Shown piece after piece: positions 11,776-26,011 of a DNA stretch of 64,000 nt; the first letter of the stretch is position 1; each line of letters begins with the position of its first letter. The stretch is from Octopus vulgaris. Lineage: Eukaryota. The stretch is from NCBI GenBank assembly GCA_951406725.2, contig OX597816.1:14260001-14324000 (forward strand). The letters run 5' to 3'. The notes under the pieces were generated by a model. That model was not told the DNA's origin. It saw nothing but the letters and a program-made list of their open reading frames with translations, and did no database searches. Both the position numbers and the translations under genes were made by a program.

Positions 11776-12787
11776 CCACTACTACCACTTCAGCACTACC
11801 ACCACAATGCCACCATCATCATAACCACCACCATAACCACCATCACCACCACCATAACCACCACCACCACCACCACTACTACTACTACTACTAATACTAA
11901 TACTAATACTACACCGAGAAGAAGAACAGGAAGGAGAAAAAGAGGAAGAAAAAGAAGAAAAACACTAGCATCGTCAATAACAACAATGATAACCTCGAGC
12001 CGCCGCCTCCTCCTCCTTCTCCTCCCCTCCTCCTCCCACTGCCACCGACCAGAAATACTTTCCGTTCAAATATGGCGCAGCAAGCAGCAGCAATGGAATG
12101 CCTTTCTCTCATATGTTTACTTGTTTCTTGAACATTCTTCGCTTTCCATCGATCCTAGAAGACCCGAGAGAGAAAGGGAGGGAGAAGGAGAGAGAGAGAA
12201 AGACCGAGGAAAGGAAAGACAGAGCGGGAAAGTGTGAGAGAGAAAGAGAGAGAGAGAGAGAATGGCATAGAGAGAAAGAGAGAGGGAGACTTCTATTGAC
12301 GCACCAACTTTAACACACATTCGTTCTCCTTTCTCCACTTCCGCTAAAGCGCTTCTTGCATCACCTCACTTCCTCATCTTATTATCGTTTGCTGCTCCAG
12401 TTCTTTGCCGATGTTTATCGATGCTGTTGTTGTGGATGCTGCTGCTTATGCTGCTGTTGTTATTGTGACTGCTGTAGATGCTGATGATGGTTGCTTATAT
12501 ATATATTCGCCATGCTATTTCCTTAAACACCACGTTTCTATGCAACATTCTTGTCTGTTTGCATAAATATGAAGAATTTTCAAAAGGCAGACGTTACACA
12601 CTTATATATGCATTAAAATATGTATGTCTCTATGTACCTATGTGTGTGTCTACGTGCTGTCAGAATGTATACGTGCATGTAAGAGCGTATATTTATATAT
12701 TCATGGAGATAAGGATGCATCCATGTATGTATACAGTACTGCATGCATATATGCACACATACGTAACCATATGCACATGTTCCATAA

Positions 12788-12820
<33 letters not shown>

Positions 12821-13196
12821 CTCCAAGAAAGTTAGGGGTTGTGAATCCAACCCACTAAGAGATAATATCTATCCAATATACTGCTGGTAGAATACCCAAT
12901 TATTAATAATGTATTTTATTGCATTGCAATTACATTACCTAGGTACTAAATAGGTGAAGGTAAAGAGATATTTTACCTTCAATTTATATAGCAATAAGAA
13001 AATGGAGGGGATCAATTGGTGGTCCATCAACTTTTAGAAATTATATTATGTTAACTTATTTATTTACTAAACTGATAATTGCAATAATATACATACATGT
13101 ATAACATATTATGCTTTGCATATAATATATGAAATATATTAATGAATAAGGATACCAGTAATTATTATAAGATAACAAACATGAATTGAGAAAATA

Positions 13197-13320
13197 ACTT
13201 ACAGCTGTTTCAGCCAAGAGGTAAAAATACCTCATTCTACCTTTATTATTCAAGTGGACTGAAGTAATAGGTGGATGAAACTGAGGTACTTGGGCATTTC
13301 TCTAGGCTACGTCAGAGATT
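13197..13320 (-). ncRNA. Degenerate hammerhead-like motif with a long insertion in stem II
   Basis: Minus strand reads tct-CTGACGT-agcc..~90 nt..ggct-GAAA-cagctg-TA-agt. Confidence 0.4.
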
Positions 13321-13567
13321 TTATAAAGTACATAATATTAAGTTATAAATAAATATAAATATAAAATAAAAAAAATACACACACATTTGAATACTTATAT
13401 ATATAGATGTACATATACATACATATATAGATTATACATAAATACTTATATATATACTGAAATGTACATACATATTGGCATTTATAAGCATAAACAATAA
13501 TCAATTATTACTAATATTATTAATATTAGATGCATTCTGCTATTCACAATAGATATAATATATAAAC

Positions 13568-13620
<53 letters not shown>

Positions 13621-14064
13621 TGCGCTGTTTATCTTGATATGAGATCACCATGTCGCGCACATTTGTTTGTGATGCATGTTCCTGGTGCACCCTTATCAGA
13701 CAGGTAGTCATAATGGGTGTACTGGGCTTCGTATACTTTACCCCAGTGTCACTTTGATGGCATGCACTGCTCTCTCATACAAGCACATACAATCATACCT
13801 GCATACAACTATCTATATACATTTGCATACATACACGGACACATGAACATGCATGCCACATGAACATGCACGCATATACATAGATATGAATTATATGCAT
13901 ATCTGTGTATATGGGTGCATGGATACATATATGTGTATGTTTGCATTGCATGTGTTTGTGCGTGTATTTTCATGTGTGTTTGCGTACGTGTGTGCATACA
14001 CGTGTATGTGCATCTATACAGACATATTCACACATACATATATAAATTTGAGTGTGTGTATATT

Positions 14065-14117
<53 letters not shown>

Positions 14118-14215
14118 ATATATATGCATATATATGCACACACACACATATACGCATGTATGTGTGTATGTATTCTTATGCATATAGTTAGATATCTAGA
14201 CATGCACATATATAT

Positions 14216-14565
14216 TTAAATGATAAACTTCTGGAAAGTTTTAAGAAATTTTAAAGTTCCAGTGATGGATTGGATCTGTAGCCTTTGAATTAGCCTTCTC
14301 CTTTCTGGTATTTAAGCAATGTGTTGCATATCCCAGGGTCCCAATAATTACAGGTATAAAACTGTAATTGTAATTTGGAGTAACTTCAGATTCGTCAATA
14401 GTTCAGCATAGGTGTTTTCTTTTTCATTGACCTTCAGCTTTATGTTAACATCCACTGGGCAGCTGATTTCCACAACTGTGCACAGTTTCTCTTCTCTATT
14501 CGAAATCATTATATCAGGTTTGTTGTGCTTACATTTTATTCAAGTCTTCACTGGTACAAACACAT
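14216..14565 (-). pseudogene. RLE-type non-LTR retrotransposon C-terminal fragment
   Basis: Minus-strand translation KHNKPDIMISNREEKLCTVVEISCPVDVNIKLKVNEKENTYAELL..FIPVIIGTLG..QIQSITGTLKFLKTFQKFII*, with frameshifts. Confidence 0.8.
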
Positions 14566-14622
14566 ACCCTTCAAAGTGGGTGGGAGTAATCCGGCTATTC
14601 GTCCATGATATACTGCTTTGGG

Positions 14623-15040
14623 GTATGTATGTATGTATGTATGTATGTATGTATGTATGTATGTATGTATGTATGTATGTATGTATGTATGTGTGCATGT
14701 ATATATGTATGTCATCTATTCTTTAATTATCATAAATCTACCGAGAACGAAGCCAGTTTCCAACAAAGATACAAGGCTCCATCAACACAGACAAATTCAC
14801 ATTTGGAACTTGGGAAAAATCTTGCATATTTTACTATTCCACTCAAAAATCGCAATTGTAATGTACGAATCTGCCGGTCTATTTCCCAGTTTATCCAGAT
14901 TCTTCTTTAAGCATTTACTAACAAAACCTAGTACTGCAATTATTATTGGCATAAATATAAATTCATAGTCTGGATATAGAAGCTGGAGGTTTTGAAGCAG
15001 TTGTCCATAGATGTCCTCATTAACTTTGATTTTCAAAGAG
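14623..15040 (-). mobile_element. RLE non-LTR 3' end with short UTR ending in (CATA)n
   Basis: ORF 14797-15036 KVNE..YGQLLQNLQLLYPDYEFIFMPIIIAVLGFV..KICKIFPKFQM*; (GTAT)n at 14623-14690. Confidence 0.75.
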
Positions 15041-15218
15041 ATATTTATATCTGCAAGGTAGCTCCGAAGACGAGGACAGGCGTGTATCTATTTACGTGTG
15101 TAGTTAGTATCCATGCGTGCATGTGAGAATGGTGTGTAGCAGTTGTTTCAATATATACATGGTTCTTTGTGTATGTATGTAACTGCGTCTGTGCATCTAT
15201 GTATGTGCGTTTACATAT

Positions 15219-15633
15219 AGGCACAGGAGTGGCTGTGTTGTAAGTAGCTTGCTTACCAACCACATGGTTCCGGGTTCAGTCCCACTGTGTGGTACATTGG
15301 ACACGTGTCTTCTTCTATAGCCTCAGGCCGACCAAAGCTTTGTGAGTGGATTTGGCAGACGGAAACTGAAAGAAGCCCGTCGTATATAAGTATATATATA
15401 AATATATATGTGTGTATATATGTTTGTGTGTCTGTGTTTGTCCCCCCAACATCGCTTGACAACCGATGGTGGTGTGTTAATGTCCCTGTAACCTTGCAGT
15501 TCGGCAAAAAAGACCGATAGAATAAGTACTAGGCTTACAAAGAATAAGTCCTGGGGTCTATTTGCTCGACTAAAGGCGGTGCTCCAGCATGGTCGCAGTC
15601 AAATGACTGAGGCAAGTAAAAGAGTAAAAGAGG
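15219..15633 (+). mobile_element. SINE family A, full length
   Basis: Head, internal microsatellite and tail gtaaaagagtaaaagag. Confidence 0.92.
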
Positions 15634-15725
15634 GTATATGTCTGTTATATGTACAGGTTTGTGTATGTGTGCATTTGTTTGAGTGAGACGCATAAAAGAG
15701 TCTGCGAAACTTTACACGAGAGTAA

Positions 15726-15790
<65 letters not shown>

Positions 15791-15916
15791 TGTGTGTGTG
15801 TGTGTGTGTACGTACGTACATATGCGTGTGTGTTTGTGTGTATGTGTTCTGACGTGGGAGCAGGAATATTAATGGTGTTATGTTATGGAGAGATATGTAA
15901 AAAAGTGAGAACGTAT

Positions 15917-15957
<41 letters not shown>

Positions 15958-16591
15958 ATGAGCATGTGCATGCAGGCAAGCAGAGAGTATTGACGAAAGT
16001 ATTTAGGTGCGTGGATAGTTGATGTGTTGCGTGTGCGTTACACATGGACGTGTGAGCACGTGTATGCGTGCGCACGTATGTGCATGTGTTTGCACGTGCG
16101 CACGTGTTTGCATGTGCGCGCGATATTTATCGGAGACGTTTGAAGCGGGTATGCAGTGAATTGAGTTTGAAAGTAGCGTGAGTCTGACGAGAAAAGCTAA
16201 AACACTGCTCTCTAGTGACAAATGGGTTAAACAGATCCATTGTGCAAAACCAAAGAAAACAGATGTGTTGTGTGATCTGCGAAACAGAAGAAGCAAGAGA
16301 CCCCTTCATCTAGTTTCCATGTGGTGCTTCATAAATGTCTTGTGAATCGACTAAGTAAACAGAAACCGGTGTTTTAAATCTTACGTAACTGTGTTTTATG
16401 CTTACTAATTGATATCTGTCGGTCCCGCAAAACAAATACCCACTGCATTTTCTTTAAATGCCGGAGATAGGAGTCTGATTTTGGAACTGATCTACCGTGG
16501 CCTTATCTTTTGGTAGCGTATCACAACTTATCATGAATCTATTGATATATATATATCAAAATAAGCAACAAAGATATCCAGAGGTAATGCA

Positions 16592-16675
16592 GTACGAACG
16601 TTTCATGCAACTCCATTTAACTGAACAATGCAATCATTACATCAATTTAAAATGTAGAGCAATCTTCAGCTGTAC
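16592..16675 (-). ncRNA. Hammerhead-like motif with extended stem II
   Basis: Minus strand reads gtacag-CTGAAGA-ttgc..gcat-GAAA-cg-TT-cgtac. Confidence 0.5.
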
Positions 16676-17414
16676 AAATTAAATTAGAACAGATGGACAC
16701 ATTAGTATAATGATACATAAAATTTCCAAGAAGTTAAGGAGATAGACATAGAACATGTCTCTAGTTCAGCATAGAAGTTACTAAAATTATTAAAAAGACT
16801 CTGCCTGCTAGTGATTTTTTGTCTTTATGGGGTCAGTTTTAATGTATAGACTAGTTTATCAAATACCTTGTATATCTAAGGCTGGGAGAACAGTGGGCAG
16901 TATCCGTTAGGAGTAGGACTGAGTGGAGTAGACAGACATTCTAGTTGGTATAGTCATAAAAAAAATTAGCCTAATTAGACGTGTATATCTGTATACAACA
17001 TTAAGCATAGAGCCTTTATTTATTCATCCTGATTTCTAGGGCTGGTCATAGCATAGGGTCTATTTTTTATGTCAAAACACTATTAAGGGGGGGGGGGTAA
17101 TTCATAAGGAATAAGGGTTTTGTTTATGTTTTTTTTTTCTTTTTTTTACCCGGTAAATAAGTAGACTGAATGTTCCAGAAAATAGAATGTACTAGAAAAT
17201 AGTATAGCAGAATCACGTGACGAGAACGGCACTGCCTGCAGCATTCTATTTAGTCACAGTATAACAAACACCTGCGTTTCTGATTTCGCAGTTAATTAAA
17301 CGCATTCGCACGAAACATTAAGTCTACTAGCACCTCGTATATATTTACATAAGTGTCTGTACATGTGAGTATGTTGGAGCGTGTCTGTCTGTCTCCATGG
17401 CTGTTTGTTAGACG

Positions 17415-18145
17415 CTGGTATGGATGTATGGTAGAAAGTCAGCTTCCCAAGTACATGGTTCCAGGTTCAGTCCCACTGCGAGGTACCTTGGGCAAGTGTC
17501 TTCTGTTATATCCTCGGGCTGACCAAAGTCTTGTGAGTGGACCTGGTAGATGGAAACTGAAAGAAGCCCGTCGTGTGTGTGTGTGTGTTTCTACCCCAGC
17601 GTCGCTTGACAACTGGTAATGATTTATTTACGTCCTCGTAACATTAACGGTTCGGCAAAAGAGACTGATAAAATAAGTACCAGGATTTAAGAAATAAAAA
17701 TAAGTATGGGATCCATTCGTTCGACTAAAAATTCTTCAAGCCGGTGCTCCAGCATGGCCGCAGTCTAATGATTGAAACAAATAAAAGAATAAGCCTAGTA
17801 CATATTCTATCGGTCCCTTTTGCCGAACCACTAGTTTACGTCTGCTGTTAAGCGATGGTGGCAGGACAAACACATACATACATACATACATACATACATA
17901 CATACATACATACATACATACATACATACATACATACATGCATATATACATACATACATACATACATGCATATATATATATATATATATATATACGACGG
18001 GCTTCTTTCAGTTTCCGTCTACCAAATCCATTCACAAAGCTTTGGTCTGCCCGAGGCTTTAGTAAAAGACACTATCCAAATGTGTCACGCAGTGGGACTG
18101 AATCCGAAACCATGTGGCTGGTAAGCAAGCTACTTACCACACATT
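17415..18145. mobile_element. Tail-to-tail pair of SINE family A copies (+ 17415-17790; - 17790-18145)
   Basis: Both orientations of the head and body motifs are visible. Confidence 0.85.
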
Positions 18146-18148
18146 CCA

Positions 18149-18183
<35 letters not shown>

Positions 18184-18196
18184 GCCACTCCCGCGC

Positions 18197-18247
<51 letters not shown>

Positions 18248-18361
18248 GTACATATATATAACGTCCGACATATACATATATAAGACTGGACATTCATAAA
18301 TGTATGCAATGTATGCGTTTCTGTTATTCACAAGTGTTTGCCTGTGGAAATAACGTATTCA

Positions 18362-18441
<80 letters not shown>

Positions 18442-18522
18442 AAACACCATATATGTATAACTTTAAAATTATGTAGGTATATTATATATTAACTAACGTA
18501 TGTATCTGTTGTGCGGGGGGGG

Positions 18523-19400
<878 letters not shown>

Positions 19401-19547
19401 ATATAAACAAATGCAAACAGCCCACCATATATGTGTATAACTTACTAAAATTATGTGTGAGTGTATAATGTTATATATATTCTTTATATTTGTATATATA
19501 CGTATGTATCTGTGTGTGCGTGTGACGGGGAAGGGAAAGGGGGGCGT

Positions 19548-19988
<441 letters not shown>

Positions 19989-20587
19989 TTAGATTGCGTA
20001 GTAGGTTTGGGAGAAATGACATGAAAATTTGAACGTACATTCTTAGAAAAGATAAGTACTTATTTGCGTACACCTACGTGCGCGTACACAAAGATAAAGA
20101 GAGAAACAGAGAAGGAGGGAGAGAGAGGTTGGAAAACAGAGATATATGTGTATGCGTGTGTGTATGTCTATCACAATACAACGCTACTAGCGATATGGTT
20201 TTTTTCGAGGTTACTGGAATGTTTGTGTTTAACTGTATTCTTCCTATTTCCGAGAAGAAAAATATTTTGGCTGTTGGAAATAAATCGATATTCAGCCGTT
20301 TAGAATATTTATCATCAAGCTGCACTTTCTAACAGATAAAGTGACGTCACTGAGGTTCTTGCCAGAGTTAAGAGTGATTTGCTTGTTTATAATATTCCCT
20401 GTTGTTGTTGGTTATATCTCTAAGTCTTCTGTAATTCAGCTGTCATTTTGTTAGAGGCATATCAGTCATAATCAACCGTTTATGATCTAGCGTATTTGGG
20501 ATGTGATTTCAAAGAAATTTGGCTGTTATTTCTTGCAGATGAAGCGACTGTATAGGAGCATTATCAAATTATCTTGTTATTTGAGTA

Positions 20588-20965
20588 GTTTCGCCCGGCG
20601 TTGCTCGTGTTTGTTTCGACTATTTAGAATTGGAATTTTTGAAAAGTAAAAATTTTGCATTATGTAGCTTGTTATTCTCTTTAAGTGAACATTTTTCTGG
20701 TTGAAATACACCGAAAAATGGCGACATAGCAGTCAAAAAATCGTAAAAAATAGGGATTTTCATAGAAAAAAAGCACCTTTTTGATGTAAATAGTTTTTGG
20801 TGTTAACATGGTCTGATTTGAATTTTTTCTTCTACGGAAAGAAGAGCAAGCCTTCTTCTATCATACTCTCAAATTTGGTCAACTTGCGCCGCAGGGTCTC
20901 AGAGGAGATAGGGTTAGCCAAAGGCTACCTAAACTACCACACACAGACAACTTGAGCTTTATAGA
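20588..20965 (-). mobile_element. Non-autonomous Helitron-like element, same family as 47169-47562
   Basis: ~380-bp near-identical repeat with a subterminal cccggcgttgctcg hairpin. Confidence 0.7.
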
Positions 20966-21278
20966 CATAAGGATTTGAGCAGTTTGATAAGATTGAGCCT
21001 CGTCGAGTTGATTTCATTTATATACATTACAACGAATGCAGTTTCCAAAGGAAGCATCACAATTTTGTTTCGTTGAGCTGTGGAAAGTCGTTATCACAAC
21101 ATAAATGAAGAAAATGGTGACTGTAGCTGTGTGGTAAGAAGTTTGCTTCTCAGCTACATAGTTCTGGTTCAGTCCCACTGCGTGGCACCTACTATGGCCC
21201 GGGGCTGCCCAAGCTTTCTAACTGGATTTGATAGACGGAAACTGAAAGAAGCTTGCGCCTGCCACCCATACACATATG

Positions 21279-21385
<107 letters not shown>

Positions 21386-21460
21386 ATATATATATATATA
21401 CATGAAGAAGTATATCTGTATTTCAAAGTGCTACCCTTGTCATATTCTCTCTCTCACACC

Positions 21461-21516
<56 letters not shown>

Positions 21517-22304
21517 GTCATAGGATTCCTGGCAAAATCCAAACCACTATTAGGGATAAACTTCGAAGGGAGTGAAAAACTAAAAACATTTACCATCTGT
21601 CTCCTGGACCATGGTTTCTGACTTGTTACTCAAATATATAGCAAAGGCTACTCTGACCTATTTTTCATTCCCAATTTTCTTATATGCACATAGATATACA
21701 TACACACATATTCAGAATATCCGATTTGTAGGTCGAGGGACATCAACGGATAAACTTCAACCCGGTTGTCACTGAAGTACTGTCTCCGCCTTCTGTTTTT
21801 TTATATATATATGTACCGCTACCACAATGGCTACCGTTCCTCTAATTTAGATGGTCTTTTGCTAACCCTGTCACTCCTCACTCATTTCTACCTCTTTCCC
21901 TCGTAAACTTTGTAGTGTCTCTCTCAGGCCTAGCATTAATTGCTACTCCTGGATATTCCTCTCTACGAACATCCTCCCTCAGTGGAATATCTCCCCTGCT
22001 CAACTTATAGCTACACAAAAGAAACACTAATCACATCGACTGGATCGTTTTCAGAGGGTGTAACAGTCTTCTGGCTCAGCGGCTTCTATAAGAACAAATA
22101 GTTTAACAAATTTAATGTAAAACAAGAATGTTAAGGCTCTTTAGTGATACGCATACATACAAGCCAAAGAGTTATGGGTTTACTAACCGCCAGGAGTTAA
22201 ATACAGTAATTCCTCGCCGTATCGCGGTTCACTTGTCGCAGTTCACCTATCGTGGTTTATCATTTAAGATTACGTATTTGTTTTGTATTTATAATAAAAT
22301 AATA

Positions 22305-22690
22305 ATAAATCTCTGAGCGAGATGTAAACAGTAAGCGCTCGACAACGTAAAGTATACTAGCCATTTTAATATGGCTAACCACTACGGGTGGGGGGTGTTA
22401 CTGTAGCTTTTTAGCCCCAGGATATCATCGTCTCCAGCTGGCTATAGACACAATCCTGTGCCCTTTAATGATATTCGCAAAGGGAGGTCATCCCCTCTCG
22501 AAAACCTAAGTGATACGTATGGACTGCAGTTTCGAGATTATTGTCTCTTGTCAACACACGCTAATCACGGGTTTTCTATAAGTGTGACCTGTTTGCGAAT
22601 ATCTATTTGATGCGTGTTGACAGGAGACAGTAATCTCGAAACTGCAGTCCATATGTATCACTTAGGTTTTCGAGAGGGGATGACCTCCAC
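22305..22690. mobile_element. Fold-back element with two oppositely oriented hammerheads; relative of 8280-8645
   Basis: Inverted arms ~22483-22557 and ~22614-22688; 22360-22520 is homologous to the reverse complement of 8475-8630. Confidence 0.8.
22517..22559 (-). ncRNA. Minimal hammerhead, U3-A8 core variant (mirror copy on + at 22612-22655)
   Basis: Minus strand reads gtgtg-TTGACAA-gaga/caataa/tctc-GAAA-ctgcag-TC-catac; GUC triplet. Confidence 0.8.
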
Positions 22691-22920
22691 AGACATGCGT
22701 ACCCTTTAAATTAATTCTCGGAAAGATTCAGCGTGAAACAGAGTGTGACGAAGCTGGTTAGTTGAATTACAGGTACTGCTCATTATTGCCAGCTAAGTGG
22801 ACTGGAGCGACGTGAAATAAACCGTCTTGCTCAAAAATACAACGCGCTACTTGGAATCGAACTCGCGACATTACGATCGTGAGCCAAATACGCTAACCTC
22901 TAAGCCACGCGTCTTCACGC
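22690..22920 (-). mobile_element. SINE family D (tRNA head + conserved body); other copies at ~26755-26990, ~44000-44290, ~63300-63670
   Basis: Minus strand reads gacgcgtggcttagaggttagcg..gagttcgattcc..gagcaagac..atttcacgtcgctccagtccac. Confidence 0.75.
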
Positions 22921-22964
22921 ACCCTCTCAAACCAAGCTAACAAATATACACAGATGCACTTTCT

Positions 22965-23286
22965 TTTATTCTTCGGACATTTGACTGCGGCCATGCTGGA
23001 GCATCACCTTCAGTCGAATAAATCGACCCCAGGACTGACACTTTGTAAGCCTAGTACTTATTCTATCGGTCTCTTATGCCGAACCGCAAAGTTACGGGGA
23101 CGTAAACACACCAACATCGGTTATCAAGCGACGTTGGGAGAGGGACAAACACAGACACAGGAACACACACACACATATCTATACATATACATTCACAAGC
23201 CCCGAAGCTATAGTAGAAGACACTTGCCCAAAATGCCACGCAGTGGGACTGAACCCGGAACCAGGTGCTTTGGAAGCAAGCTTCTT
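22965..23286 (-). mobile_element. SINE family A interrupted in its head by a family B trimer; remainder at 23894-23930
   Basis: TSD gaagcaagcttctt at 23273-23286 and 23894-23907. Confidence 0.85.
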
Positions 23287-23887
23287 ATTTCTTTATTGCC
23301 CACAAGGGGCTACACAGAGAGGGGACAAACAAGGACAGACAATCGGACTAAGTCGATTATATTGACCCCAGTGCGTAACTGGTACTTATTTAATCGACCC
23401 CGAAAGGATGAAAGGCAAAGCCGACCTCGGTTGAATTTGAACTCAGAACGTAACAGCAGACGAAATACCGCTAAGCATTTCGCCCGGTGTTCTAATGCTT
23501 CTTATTTCTTTACTACCCACAAGGGGCTACACAGAGAGGGGACAAACAAGAACAGACAAACGGACTAAGTCGATTATATTGACCCCAGTGCGTAACTGGT
23601 ACTTATTTTATCGACCCCGAAAGAATGAAAGGCAAAGTCGACCTCGGCGGAATTTGAATTCAGAACGTAAATACAGACGAAATACCTATTTCTTTACTAC
23701 CCACAAGGGGCTAAACATAGAGGGGACAAACAAGGACAGACATAGGTATTAAGTCGATTACATCGACCCCGAAAGGATGAAAGGCAAAGTCGACCTCGGT
23801 GGAATTTTAACTCAGAACGTAACGGCAGACGAAATACCGCTAAGCATCTCGCCTGGTATGCTATCGATTCTGCCAGTTCGCCGCCTT
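23287..23887 (-). mobile_element. SINE family B (tRNA-derived, Meta-like central domain) trimer
   Basis: Three ~190-215-bp units containing gtcgactttgcctttcatcctttcggggtcgat and the tail gccccttgtgggtagtaaagaaata. Confidence 0.9.
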
Positions 23888-24436
23888 AAGCAAGAAGCAA
23901 GCTTCTTTCCACATAGCAACGCCTACGCCTACATAGACGTAGAATTTGAATGATTGGTTCGGTAAGATCAAACTATTTATTGAAAGTAAGCAGCGCTGCA
24001 TTAATATCTATTAAGAAGGCTGATTTATGAAGTGTGGCTGATCTCATTGGCTTTTAGTCTGCAAACATGCCACCACATTGCCAAAGAAATGTTCAATAAG
24101 TGCTACGTAAATGTCTATAAGAATGAGGTTCTTCTTATTGACGTATGTTTATCCATGTTTGCTGTGAATGTCACGTACGAAGTTAGATACAACCATCCAT
24201 CTTGCCAGCCAGCCGACCATTTAACCATACTGACTGAAATAGGTTTCGAGAGTTCAGTACTCCGAAAACAAAATGGTGGTTGTTTGTTGTTTTTTATATA
24301 TTTGGTATTCATTCAGTTATGTGCTAGTATACATGTATGTATGCATAAAAGTATATATGCATGTTTGTATGTCTGTAATTTATATATATATATATATATA
24401 TAGATAGATAGATAGATAGATATATGTTAATACATA

Positions 24437-24470
<34 letters not shown>

Positions 24471-24488
24471 TACGTGTGTGTGTATATA

Positions 24489-24565
<77 letters not shown>

Positions 24566-25063
24566 ACATACGTATGTATGTATATATGTATGTCTACTTA
24601 GATCGATAGATTTATATATCGATATATATATAGTTATATAAATGCGTAAAAACGCAAAAGAACTCATATGTACGCACACATACACACACGTATATATACA
24701 TACATATATTCACTTATATATGTACACACACACACTCTTACGCATATATACGAAGACAAACATACACACACACACACACACACTGTTATATAAACACATG
24801 TGTGTGTATAGATACATTAATACGTAAAAACACAAAAGCACAAACATATATATATATATATATATACACATACAGTCATTTATACGTATATGTACACAGA
24901 CACAGACACACTCTCACACAAAGACAAACATACACACACACACGTATATATATATAGTTATATATGAATACTTCATGTGAATGTATGTATGTGCTTGCTT
25001 CAGCACACTTGATTATTGCATCTACTAAATCATCGATTTTTCATATATATGTGCGTGTGTGAG

Positions 25064-25119
<56 letters not shown>

Positions 25120-25125
25120 TGCGTG

Positions 25126-25172
<47 letters not shown>

Positions 25173-25616
25173 TGCGTGTGTGTGTGTGTGCGCGCGCGTG
25201 TGTGTGTGTCTATCACTAGTTGATTCCTGGAGTTCGGTCGGTTCCGTGTCAGTAGCACTATAATGGTAAATACATGTTCTAGAATCCAGTTTGAGAAAGT
25301 ACAGAGAGCCGAACAAACGTGCCGTCTGCCTGGAACGGAAAGAAGCTTGTTTTAGTTCTTACTTGCCGCCATTACCATCCCGAACCATACCGACATGAAA
25401 CGTTGAAGGCCGTGTCAAGAATTTTTTCCTTCACGCTTCATTGAACCCTCTCGCTTTTTGCTTTCCCGTATTACGTCATGTTTGCTCTAGTTTTTAATAT
25501 GCTTTTAACTTATCGCATCCCGCGATCTGTCAGTCGGTCTGTCTGCCTGCCTGTCTGTTCGTTTATTCCTCTTTTTCTCTCTTTCTCTCCAGGATATATA
25601 AATATGTCTCTGTGCG

Positions 25617-25647
<31 letters not shown>

Positions 25648-25769
25648 ACCCACGCATCTACACCCACACTCGTGTATACATACACATAGATATCTCTCTG
25701 TCCTCTCTCTCTCCCTCCTTCCCTCTCCCCTCCTCTCTCCCTCACTTTATATGTGCGCGCGCGTGTATG

Positions 25770-25816
<47 letters not shown>

Positions 25817-25861
25817 ATGGAAATGGATACGTGGCGTTCAATTAAATAATAATGTAAATAA

Positions 25862-25937
<76 letters not shown>

Positions 25938-26011
25938 ACTATATATATTTATAAAATTTCAGAATGAGATAAAAATCCAAGGCTGTGAAAGATTTTAGAA
26001 CATAAATAAAA

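Noticed and set aside
10334-12237. Poly-Thr/His/Tyr/Val ORFs resembling mucins
   Set aside because: They are (ACT)/(ACC) repeats open in several frames on both strands, with no splice or domain support.
22954-23752. 204-aa and 85-aa ORFs with repeated TPVRNWYL..RQSRPRRNLNSE peptides
   Set aside because: Antisense translation of SINE A and B copies; the peptide recurs wherever SINE B does.
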